Assembly: GCA_973895155.1 (NCBI GenBank)
Contig: OZ316896.1
Span: 23,820,144 to 23,884,143, forward strand
Direction: 5' to 3'
Length of the DNA: 64,000 nt
Origin: Marsupella aquatica
Lineage: Eukaryota; Plantae; Marchantiophyta
Shown here: positions 50,292 through 62,200 of the stretch, piece by piece
How positions within the stretch are numbered: the first letter of the stretch is position 1
Layout: each line of letters begins with the position of its first letter
The notes under the pieces: model-generated
Database searches by the model: none
Told to the model about the DNA's origin: nothing
Seen by the model: the letters and a program-made list of their open reading frames with translations, nothing else
Program-made: the position numbers and the translations under genes

Positions 50292-53200
50292 TTTAGGGTT
50301 TAGGGTTTAGGGTTTAGGTTTAGGGTTTATGGTTTAGGGTTTAGAGTGTCATCCCCAGTTTTCACATGTGGCATACCAGTTTTTTAAGTACTGGTATGAT
50401 TATTGAATATTGGGGGTGAGTTTGACCCCCAGTTTGTTGTGTGCGCATTTTGGAGGGGCTAGGGGTGGGGGTACCCCCCAATTTTCGGGGTGCGTGTACC
50501 AGGGGGCGAGTGCCACCCTACGTTAGCTTTTGGGGGTGTAACGAGCTGGGGGTGAGGGTGGGGGAGGGGTTCCATGGGGGTTGAGGGTGAGGGTGGCCCC
50601 CAGTTTTGGGGGTGCGTGCACATGGGGGCGTGTGCAACCCTACTGTAGCATTGGGGGTGTAACGAGCTGGGGGTGAGGGTGGGGGAGGGGTTCCATGGGG
50701 GTTGAGGGTGAGGGTGGCCCCCAGTTTTGGGGGTGCGTGCACATGGGGGCGTGTGCAACCCTACTGTAGCATTGGGGGTGTAACGAGCTGGGGGTGAGGG
50801 TGGGGGAGGGGTTCCATGGGGGTTGAGGGTAAGGGTGGCCCCCAGTTTTGGGGGTGCGTGCACATGGGGGCGTGTGCAACCCTACTGTAGCATTGGGGGT
50901 GTAACGAGCTGGGGGTGAGGGTGGGGGAGGGGTTCCATGGGGGTTGAGGGTGAGGGTGGCCCCCAGTTTTGGGGGTGCGTGCACATGGGGGCGTGTGCAA
51001 CCCTACTGTAGCATTGGGGGTGTAACGAGCTGGGGGTGAGGGTGGGGGAGGGGTTCCATGGGGGTTGAGGGTGAGGGTGGCCCCCAGTTTTGGGGGTGCG
51101 TGCACATGGGGGCGTGTGCAACCCTACTGTAGCATTGGGGGTTTAGGGTTTAGGGTTTAGGGTAATTTTGACTTTTTTAAAGTATTGGTAAAACGTTTCA
51201 TTTTGGTGGATTTGTGCAAATAGCACGTTTTGGAACGTTACGTGCTCGCCTAGCACATTTTTTTGACAAGTATAGCAAAAAGAAAAAAAAGGGTTAGCGT
51301 TTAGGGTTTAGGGTTTATGGTTTAGGGTTTAGAGTGTCATCCCCAGTTTTCACATGTGGCATACCAGTTTTTTAAGTACTGGTATGATTATTGAATATTG
51401 GGGGTGAGTTTGACCCCCAGTTTGTTGTGTGCGCATTTTGGAGGGGCTAGGGGTGGGGGTACCCCCCAATTTTCGGGGTGCGTGTACCAGGGGGCGAGTG
51501 CCACCCTACGTTAGCTTTTGGGGGTGTAACGAGCTGGGGGTGAGGGTGGGGGAGGGGTTCCATGGGGGTTGAGGGTGAGGGTGGCCCCCAGTTTTGGGGG
51601 TGCGTGTACCAGGGGGCGAGTGCCACCCTACGTTAGCTTTTGGGGGTGTAACGAGCTGGGGGTGAGGGTGGGGGAGGGGTTCCATGGGGGTTGAGGGTGA
51701 GGGTGGCCCCCAGTTTTGGGGGTGCGTGCACATGGGGGCGTGTGCAACCCTACTGTAGCATTGGGGGTGTAACGAGCTGGGGGTGAGGGTGGGGGAGGGG
51801 TTCCATGGGGGTTGAGGGTGAGGGTGGCCCCCAGTTTTGGGGGTGCGTGCACATGGGGGCGTGTGCAACCCTACTGTAGCATTGGGGGTGTAACGAGCTG
51901 GGGGTGAGGGTGGGGGAGGGGTTCCATGGGGGTTGAGGGTGAGGGTGGCCCCCAGTTTTGGGGGTGCGTGCACATGGGGGCGTGTGCAACCCTACTGTAG
52001 CATTGGGGGTGTAACGAGCTGGGGGTGAGGGTGGGGGAGGGGTTCCATGGGGGTTGAGGGTGAGGGTGGCCCCCAGTTTTGGGGGTGCGTGCACATGGGG
52101 GCGTGTGCAACCCTACTGTAGCATTGGGGGTGTAACGAGCTGGGGGTGAGGGTGGGGGAGGGGTTCCATGGGGGTTGAGGGTGAGGGTGGCCCCCAGTTT
52201 TGGGGGTGCGTGCACATGGGGGCGTGTGCAACCCTACTGTAGCATTGGGGGTTTAGGGTTTAGGGTTTAGGGTAATTTTGACTTTTTTAAAGTATTGGTA
52301 AAACGTTTCATTTTGGTGGATTTGTGCAAATAGCACGTTTTGGAACGTTACGTGCTCGCCTAGCACGTTTTTTTGACAAGTATAGCAAAAAGAAAAAAAA
52401 GGGTTAGCGTTTAGGGTTTAGGGTTTATGGTTTAGGGTTTAGAGTGTCATCCCCAGTTTTCACATGTGGCATACCAGTTTTTTAAGTACTGGTATGATTA
52501 TTGAATATTGGGGGTGAGTTTGACCCCCAGTTTGTTGTGTGCGCATTTTGGAGGGGCTAGGGGTGGGGGTACCCCCCAATTTTCGGGGTGCGTGTACCAG
52601 GGGGCGAGTGCCACCCTACGTTAGCTTTTGGGGGTGTAACGAGCTGGGGGTGAGGGTGGGGGAGGGGTTCCATGGGGGTTGAGGGTGAGGGTGGCCCCCA
52701 GTTTTGGGGGTGCGTGCACATGGGGGCGTGTGCAACCCTACTGTAGCATTGGGGGTGTAACGAGCTGGGGGTGAGGGTGGGGGAGGGGTTCCATGGGGGT
52801 TGAGGGTGAGGGTGGCCCCCAGTTTTGGGGGTGCGTGCACATGGGGGCGTGTGCAACCCTACTGTAGCATTGGGGGTGTAACGAGCTGGGGGTGAGGGTG
52901 GGGGAGGGGTTCCATGGGGGTTGAGGGTGAGGGTGGCCCCCAGTTTTGGGGGTGCGTGCACATGGGGGCGTGTGCAACCCTACTGTAGCATTGGGGGTTT
53001 AGGGTTTAGGGTTTAGGGTAATTTTGACTTTTTTAAAGTATTGGTAAAACGTTTCATTTTGGTGGATTTGTGCAAATAGCACGTTTTGGAACGTTACGTG
53101 CTCGCCTAGCACGTTTTTTTGACAAGTATAGCAAAAAGAAAAAAAAGGGTTAGCGTTTAGGGTTTAGGGTTTATGGTTTAGGGTTTAGAGTGTCATCCCC

Positions 53201-56200
53201 AGTTTTCACATGTGGCATACCAGTTTTTTAAGTACTGGTATGATTATTGAATATTGGGGGTGAGTTTGACCCCCAGTTTGTTGTGTGCGCATTTTGGAGG
53301 GGCTAGGGGTGGGGGTACCCCCCAATTTTCGGGGTGCGTGTACCAGGGGGCGAGTGCCACCCTACGTTAGCTTTTGGGGGTGTAACGAGCTGGGGGTGAG
53401 GGTGGGGGAGGGGTTCCATGGGGGTTGAGGGTGAGGGTGGCCCCCAGTTTTGGGGGTGCGTGCACATGGGGGCGTGTGCAACCCTACTGTAGCATTGGGG
53501 GTGTAACGAGCTGGGGGTGAGGGTGGGGGAGGGGTTTAGGGTTTAGGGTTTATGGTTTAGGGTTTAGAGTGTCATCCCCAGTTTTCACATGTGGCATACC
53601 AGTTTTTTAAGTACTGGTATGATTATTGAATATTGGGGGTGAGTTTGACCCCCAGTTTGTTGTGTGCGCATTTTGGAGGGGCTAGGGGTGGGGGTACCCC
53701 CCAATTTTCGGGGTGCGTGTACCAGGGGGCGAGTGCCACCCTACGTTAGCTTTTGGGGGTGTAACGAGCTGGGGGTGAGGGTGGGGGAGGGGTTCCATGG
53801 GGGTTGAGGGTGAGGGTGGCCCCCAGTTTTGGGGGTGCGTGCACATGGGGGCGTGTGCAACCCTACTGTAGCATTGGGGGTGTAACGAGCTGGGGGTGAG
53901 GGTGGGGGAGGGGTTCCATGGGGGTTGAGGGTGAGGGTGGCCCCCAGTTTTGGGGGTGCGTGCACATGGGGGCGTGTGCAACCCTACTGTAGCATTGGGG
54001 GTTTAGGGTTTAGGGTTTAGGGTAATTTTGACTTTTTTAAAGTATTGGTAAAACGTTTCATTTTGGTGGATTTGTGCAAATAGCACGTTTTGGAACGTTA
54101 CGTGCTCGCCTAGCACGTTTTTTTGACAAGTATAGCAAAAAGAAAAAAAAGGGTTAGCGTTTAGGGTTTAGGGTTTATGGTTTAGGGTTTAGAGTGTCAT
54201 CCCCAGTTTTCACATGTGGCATACCAGTTTTTTAAGTACTGGTATGATTATTGAATATTGGGGGTGAGTTTGACCCCCAGTTTGTTGTGTGCGCATTTTG
54301 GAGGGGCTAGGGGTGGGGGTACCCCCCAATTTTCGGGGTGCGTGTACCAGGGGGCGAGTGCCACCCTACGTTAGCTTTTGGGGGTGTAACGAGCTGGGGG
54401 TGAGGGTGGGGGAGGGGTTCCATGGGGGTTGAGGGTGAGGGTGGCCCCCAGTTTTGGGGGTGCGTGCACATGGGGGCGTGTGCAACCCTACTGTAGCATT
54501 GGGGGTGTAACGAGCTGGGGGTGAGGGTGGGGGAGGGGTTCCATGGGGGTTGAGGGTGAGGGTGGCCCCCAGTTTTGGGGGTGCGTGCACATGGGGGCGT
54601 GTGCAACCCTACTGTAGCATTGGGGGTGTAACGAGCTGGGGGTGAGGGTGGGGGAGGGGTTCCATGGGGGTTGAGGGTGAGGGTGGCCCCCAGTTTTGGG
54701 GGTGCGTGCACATGGGGGCGTGTGCAACCCTACTGTAGCATTGGGGGTGTAACGAGCTGGGGGTGAGGGTGGGGGAGGGGTTCCATGGGGGTTGAGGGTG
54801 AGAGTGGCCCCCAGTTTTGGGGGTGCGTGCACATGGGGGCGTGTGCAACCCTACTGTAGCATTGGGGGTGTAACGAGCTGGGGGTGAGGGTGGGGGAGGG
54901 GTTCCATGGGGGTTGAGGGTGAGGGTGGCCCCCAGTTTTGGGGGTGCGTGCACATGGGGGCGTGTGCAACCCTACTGTAGCATTGGGGGTGTAACGAGCT
55001 GGGGGTGAGGGTGGGGGAGGGGTTCCATGGGGGTTGAGGGTGAGGGTGGCCCCCAGTTTTGGGGGTGCGTGCACATGGGGGCGTGTGCAACCCTACTGTA
55101 GCATTGGGGGTTTAGGGTTTAGGGTTTAGGGTAATTTTGACTTTTTTAAAGTATTGGTAAAACGTTTCATTTTGGTGGATTTGTACAAATAGCACGTTTT
55201 GGAACGTTACGTGCTCGCCTAGCACGTTTTTTTGACAAGTATAGCAAAAAGAAAAAAAAGGGTTAGCGTTTAGGGTTTAGGGTTTATGGTTTAGGGTTTA
55301 GAGTGTCATCCCCAGTTTTCACATGTGGCATACCAGTTTTTTAAGTACTGGTATGATTATTGAATATTGGGGGTGAGTTTGACCCCCAGTTTGTTGTGTG
55401 CGCATTTTGGAGGGGCTAGGGGTGGGGGTACCCCCCAATTTTCGGGGTGCGTGTACCAGGGGGCGAGTGCCACCCTACGTTAGCTTTTGGGGGTGTAACG
55501 AGCTGGGGGTGAGGGTGGGGGAGGGGTTCCATGGGGGTTGAGGGTGAGGGTGGCCCCCAGTTTTGGGGGTGCGTGCACATGGGGGCGTGTGCAACCCTAC
55601 TGTAGCATTGGGGGTGTAACGAGCTGGGGGTGAGGGTGGGGGAGGGGTTTAGGGTTTAGGGTTTATGGTTTAGGGTTTAGAGTGTCATCCCCAGTTTTCA
55701 CATGTGGCATACCAGTTTTTTAAGTACTGGTATGATTATTGAATATTGGGGGTGAGTTTGACCCCCAGTTTGTTGTGTGCGCATTTTGGAGGGGCTAGGG
55801 GTGGGGGTACCCCCCAATTTTCGGGGTGCGTGTACCAGGGGGCGAGTGCCACCCTACGTTAGCTTTTGGGGGTGTAACGAGCTGGGGGTGAGGGTGGGGG
55901 AGGGGTTCCATGGGGGTTGAGGGTGAGGGTGGCCCCCAGTTTTGGGGGTGCGTGCACATGGGGGCGTGTGCAACCCTACTGTAGCATTGGGGGTGTAACG
56001 AGCTGGGGGTGAGGGTGGGGGAGGGGTTCCATGGGGGTTGAGGGTGAGGGTGGCCCCCAGTTTTGGGGGTGCGTGCACATGGGGGCGTGTGCAACCCTAC
56101 TGTAGCATTGGGGGTTTAGGGTTTAGGGTTTAGGGTAATTTTGACTTTTTTAAAGTATTGGTAAAACGTTTCATTTTGGTGGATTTGTGCAAATAGCACG

Positions 56201-59200
56201 TTTTGGAACGTTACGTGCTCGCCTAGCACGTTTTTTTGACAAGTATAGCAAAAAGAAAAAAAAGGGTTAGCGTTTAGGGTTTAGGGTTTATGGTTTAGGG
56301 TTTAGAGTGTCATCCCCAGTTTTCACATGTGGCATACCAGTTTTTTAAGTACTGGTATGATTATTGAATATTGGGGGTGAGTTTGACCCCCAGTTTGTTG
56401 TGTGCGCATTTTGGAGGGGCTAGGGGTGGGGGTACCCCCCAATTTTCGGGGTGCGTGTACCAGGGGGCGAGTGCCACCCTACGTTAGCTTTTGGGGGTGT
56501 AACGAGCTGGGGGTGAGGGTGGGGGAGGGGTTCCATGGGGGTTGAGGGTGAGGGTGGCCCCCAGTTTTGGGGGTGCGTGCACATGGGGGCGTGTGCAACC
56601 CTACTGTAGCATTGGGGGTGTAACGAGCTGGGGGTGAGGGTGGGGGAGGGGTTCCATGGGGGTTGAGGGTGAGGGTGGCCCCCAGTTTTGGGGGTGCGTG
56701 CACATGGGGGCGTGTGCAACCCTACTGTAGCATTGGGGGTGTAACGAGCTGGGGGTGAGGGTGGGGGAGGGGTTCCATGGGGGTTGAGGGTGAGGGTGGC
56801 CCCCAGTTTTGGGGGTGCGTGCACATGGGGGCGTGTGCAACCCTACTGTAGCATTGGGGGTGTAACGAGCTGGGGGTGAGGGTGGGGGAGGGGTTCCATG
56901 GGGGTTGAGGGTGAGGGTGGCCCCCAGTTTTGGGGGTGCGTGCACATGGGGGCGTGTGCAACCCTACTGTAGCATTGGGGGTGTAACGAGCTGGGGGTGA
57001 GGGTGGGGGAGGGGTTCCATGGGGGTTGAGGGTGAGGGTGGCCCCCAGTTTTGGGGGTGCGTGCACATGGGGGCGTGTGCAACCCTACTGTAGCATTGGG
57101 GGTGTAACGAGCTGGGGGTGAGGGTGGGGGAGGGGTTCCATGGGGGTTGAGGGTGAGGGTGGCCCCCAGTTTTGGGGGTGCGTGCACATGGGGGCGTGTG
57201 CAACCCTACTGTAGCATTGGGGGTGTAACGAGCTGGGGGTGAGGGTGGGGGAGGGGTTCCATGGGGGTTGAGGGTGAGGGTGGCCCCCAGTTTTGGGGGT
57301 GCGTGCACATGGGGGCGTGTGCAACCCTACTGTAGCATTGGGGGTGTAACGAGCTGGGGGTGAGGGTGGGGGAGGGGTTCCATGGGGGTTGAGGGTGAGG
57401 GTGGCCCCCAGTTTTGGGGGTGCGTGCACATGGGGGCGTGTGCAACCCTACTGTAGCATTGGGGTTTAGGGTTTAGGGTTTAGGGTAATTTTGACTTTTT
57501 TAAAGTATTGGTAAAACGTTTCATTTTGGTGGATTTGTGCAAATAGCACGTTTTGGAACGTTACGTGCTCGCCTAGCACGTTTTTTTGACAAGTATAGCA
57601 AAAAGAAAAAAAAGGGTTAGCGTTTAGGGTTTAGGGTTTATGGTTTAGGGTTTAGAGTGTCATCCCCAGTTTTCACATGTGGCATACCAGTTTTTTAAGT
57701 ACTGGTATGATTATTGAATATTGGGGGTGAGTTTGACCCCCAGTTTGTTGTGTGCGCATTTTGGAGGGGCTAGGGGTGGGGGTACCCCCCAATTTTCGGG
57801 GTGCGTGTACCAGGGGGCGAGTGCCACCCTACGTTAGCTTTTGGGGGTGTAACGAGCTGGGGGTGAGGGTGGGGGAGGGGTTCCATGGGGGTTGAGGGTG
57901 AGGGTGGCCCCAGTTTTGGGGGTGCGTGCACATGGGGGCGTGTGCAACCCTACTGTAGCATTGGGGGTGTAACGAGCTGGGGGTGAGGGTGGGGGAGGGG
58001 TTCCATGGGGGTTGAGGGTGAGGGTGGCCCCCAGTTTGGGGGTGCGTGCACATGGGGCGTGTGCAACCCTACTGTAGCATTGGGGGTGTAACGAGCTGGG
58101 GGTGAGGGTGGGGAGGGGTTCCATGGGGGTTGAGGGTGAGGGTGGCCCCCAGTTTGGGGGGTGCGTGCACATGGGGGCGTGTGCAACCCTACTGTAGCAT
58201 TGGGGGTTTAGGGTTTAGGGTTTAGGGTAATTTTGACTTTTTTAAAGTATTGGTAAAACGTTTCATTTTGGTGGATTTGTGCAAATAGCACGTTTGGAAC
58301 GTTACGTGCTCGCCTAGCACGTTTTTTTGACAAGTATAGCAAAAAGAAAAAAAAGGGTTAGCGTTTAGGGTTTAGGGTTTATGGTTTAGGGTTTAGAGTG
58401 TCATCCCCAGTTTTCACATGTGGCATACCAGTTTTTTAAGTACTGGTATGATTATTGAATATTGGGGGTGAGTTTGACCCCCAGTTTGTTGTGTGCGCAT
58501 TTGGAGGGGCTAGGGGTGGGGGTACCCCCCAATTTTCGGGGTGCGTGTACCAGGGGGCGAGTGCCACCCTACGTTAGCTTTTGGGGGTGTAACGAGCTGG
58601 GGGTGAGGGTGGGGGAGGGGTTCCATGGGGGTTGAGGGTGAGGGTGGCCCCCAGTTTTGGGGGTGCGTGCACATGGGGGCGTGTGCAACCCTACTGTAGC
58701 ATTGGGGGTGTAACGAGCTGGGGGTGAGGGTGGGGGAGGGGTTTAGGGTTTAGGGTTTATGGTTTAGGGTTTAGAGTGTCATCCCCAGTTTTCACATGTG
58801 GCATACCAGTTTTTTAAGTACTGGTATGATTATTGAATATTGGGGGTGAGTTTGACCCCCAGTTTGTTGTGTGCGCATTTTGGAGGGGCTAGGGGTGGGG
58901 GTACCCCCCAATTTTCGGGGTGCGTGTACCCGGGGCGAGTGCCACCCTACGTTAGCTTTTGGGGGTGTAACGAGCTGGGGGTGAGGGTGGGGGAGGGGTT
59001 CCATGGGGGTTGAGGGTGAGGGTGGCCCCCAGTTTTGGGGGTGCGTGCACATGGGGGCGTGTGCAACCCTACTGTAGCATTGGGGGTGTAACGAGCTGGG
59101 GGTGAGGGTGGGGGAGGGGTTCCATGGGGGTTGAGGGTGAGGGTGGCCCCCAGTTTTGGGGGTGCGTGCACATGGGGGCGTGTGCAACCCTACTGTAGCA

Positions 59201-62200
59201 TTGGGGGTTTAGGGTTTAGGGTTTAGGGTAATTTTGACTTTTTTAAAGTATTGGTAAAACGTTTCATTTTGGTGGATTTGTGCAAATAGCACGTTTTGGA
59301 ACGTTACGTGCTCGCCTAGCACGTTTTTTTGACAAGTATAGCAAAAAGAAAAAAAAGGGTTAGCGTTTAGGGTTTAGGGTTTATGGTTTAGGGTTTAGAG
59401 TGTCATCCCCAGTTTTCACATGTGGCATACCAGTTTTTTAAGTACTGGTATGATTATTGAATATTGGGGGTGAGTTTGACCCCCAGTTTGTTGTGTGCGC
59501 ATTTTGGAGGGGCTAGGGGTGGGGGTACCCCCCAATTTTCGGGGTGCGTGTACCAGGGGGCGAGTGCCACCCTACGTTAGCTTTTGGGGGTGTAACGAGC
59601 TGGGGGTGAGGGTGGGGGAGGGGTTCCATGGGGGTTGAGGGTGAGGGTGGCCCCCAGTTTTGGGGGTGCGTGCACATGGGGGCGTGTGCAACCCTACTGT
59701 AGCATTGGGGGTGTAACGAGCTGGGGGTGAGGGTGGGGGAGGGGTTCCATGGGGGTTGAGGGTGAGGGTGGCCCCCCAGTTTTGGGGGTGCGTGCACATG
59801 GGGGCGTGTGCAACCCTACTGTAGCATTGGGGTGTAACGAGCTGGGGGTGAGGGTGGGGAGGGGTTCCATGGGGGTTGAGGGTGAGGGTGGCCCCCAGTT
59901 TTGGGGGTGCGTGCACATGGGGGCGTGTGCAACCCTACTGTAGCATTGGGGGTGTAACGAGCTGGGGGTGAGGGTGGGGGAGGGGTTCCATGGGGGTTGA
60001 GGGTGAGGGTGGCCCCCAGTTTTGGGGGTGCGTGCACATGGGGGCGTGTGCAACCCTACTGTAGCATTGGGGGTGTAACGAGCTGGGGGTGAGGGTGGGG
60101 GAGGGGTTCCATGGGGGTTGAGGGTGAGGGTGGCCCCCAGTTTTGGGGGTGCGTGCACATGGGGGCGTGTGCAACCCTACTGTAGCATTGGGGGTGTAAC
60201 GAGCTGGGGGTGAGGGTGGGGGAGGGGTTCCATGGGGGTTGAGGGTGAGGGTGGCCCCCAGTTTTGGGGGTGCGTGCACATGGGGGCGTGTGCAACCCTA
60301 CTGTAGCATTGGGGGTTTAGGGTTTAGGGTTTAGGGTAATTTTGACTTTTTTAAAGTATTGGTAAAACGTTTCATTTTGGTGGATTTGTACAAATAGCAC
60401 GTTTTGGAACGTTACGTGCTCGCCTAGCACGTTTTTTTGACAAGTATAGCAAAAAGAAAAAAAAGGGTTAGCGTTTAGGGTTTAGGGTTTATGGTTTAGG
60501 GTTTAGAGTGTCATCCCCAGTTTTCACATGTGGCATACCAGTTTTTTAAGTACTGGTATGATTATTGAATATTGGGGGTGAGTTTGACCCCCAGTTTGTT
60601 GTGTGCGCATTTTGGAGGGCTAGGGTGGGGGTACCCCCCAATTTTCGGGGTGCGTGTACCAGGGGGCGAGTGCCACCCTACGTTAGCTTTTGGGGGTGTA
60701 ACGAGCTGGGGGTGAGGGTGGGGGAGGGGTTCCATGGGGGTTGAGGGTGAGGGTGGCCCCCAGTTTTGGGGGTGCGTGCACATGGGGGCGTGTGCAACCC
60801 TACTGTAGCATTGGGGGTGTAACGAGCTGGGGGTGAGGGTGGGGGAGGGGTTTAGGGTTTAGGGTTTATGGTTTAGGGTTTAGAGTGTCATCCCCAGTTT
60901 TCACATGTGGCATACCAGTTTTTTAAGTACTGGTATGATTATTGAATATTGGGGGTGAGTTTGACCCCAGTTTGTTGTGTGCGCATTTTGGAGGGGCTAG
61001 GGGTGGGGGTACCCCCCAATTTTCGGGGTGCGTGTACCAGGGGGCGAGTGCCACCCTACGTTAGCTTTTGGGGGTGTAACGAGCTGGGGGTGAGGGTGGG
61101 GGAGGGGTTCCATGGGGGTTGAGGGTGAGGGTGGCCCCCAGTTTTGGGGGTGCGTGCACATGGGGGCGTGTGCAACCCTACTGTAGCATTGGGGGTGTAA
61201 CGAGCTGGGGGTGAGGGTGGGGGAGGGGTTCCATGGGGGTTGAGGGTGAGGGTGGCCCCCAGTTTTGGGGGTGCGTGCACATGGGGGCGTGTGCAACCCT
61301 ACTGTAGCATTGGGGGTTTAGGGTTTAGGGTTTAGGGTAATTTTGACTTTTTTAAAGTATTGGTAAAACGTTTCATTTTGGTGGATTTGTGCAAATAGCA
61401 CGTTTTGGAACGTTACGTGCTCGCCTAGCACGTTTTTTTGACAAGTATAGCAAAAAGAAAAAAAAGGGTTAGCGTTTAGGGTTTAGGGTTTATGGTTTAG
61501 GGTTTAGAGTGTCATCCCCAGTTTTCACATGTGGCATACCAGTTTTTTAAGTACTGGTATGATTATTGAATATTGGGGGTGAGTTTGACCCCCAGTTTGT
61601 TGTGTGCGCATTTTGGAGGGGCTAGGGGTGGGGGTACCCCCCAATTTTCGGGGTGCGTGTACCAGGGGGCGAGTGCCACCCTACGTTAGCTTTTGGGGGT
61701 GTAACGAGCTGGGGGTGAGGGTGGGGGAGGGGGTTCCATGGGGGTTGAGGGTGAGGGTGGCCCCCAGTTTTGGGGGTGCGTGCACATGGGGGCGTGTGCA
61801 ACCCTACTGTAGCATTGGGGGTGTAACGAGCTGGGGGTGAGGGTGGGGGAGGGGTTCCATGGGGGTGAGGGTGAGGGTGGCCCCCAGTTTTGGGGTGCGT
61901 GCACATGGGGGCGTGTGCAACCCTACTGTAGCATTGGGGGTGTAACGAGCTGGGGTGAGGGTGGGGGAGGGGTTCCATGGGGGTTGAGGGTGAGGGTGGC
62001 CCCCAGTTTTGGGGGGTGCGTGCACATGGGGGCGTGTGCAACCCTACTGTAGCATTGGGGGTGTAACGAGCTGGGGGTGAGGGTGGGGGAGGGGTTCCAT
62101 GGGGGTTGAGGGTGAGGGTGGACCCCAGTTTTGGGGGTGCGTGCACATGGGGGCGTGTGCAACCCTACTGTAGCATTGGGGGTGTAACGAGCTGGGGGTG

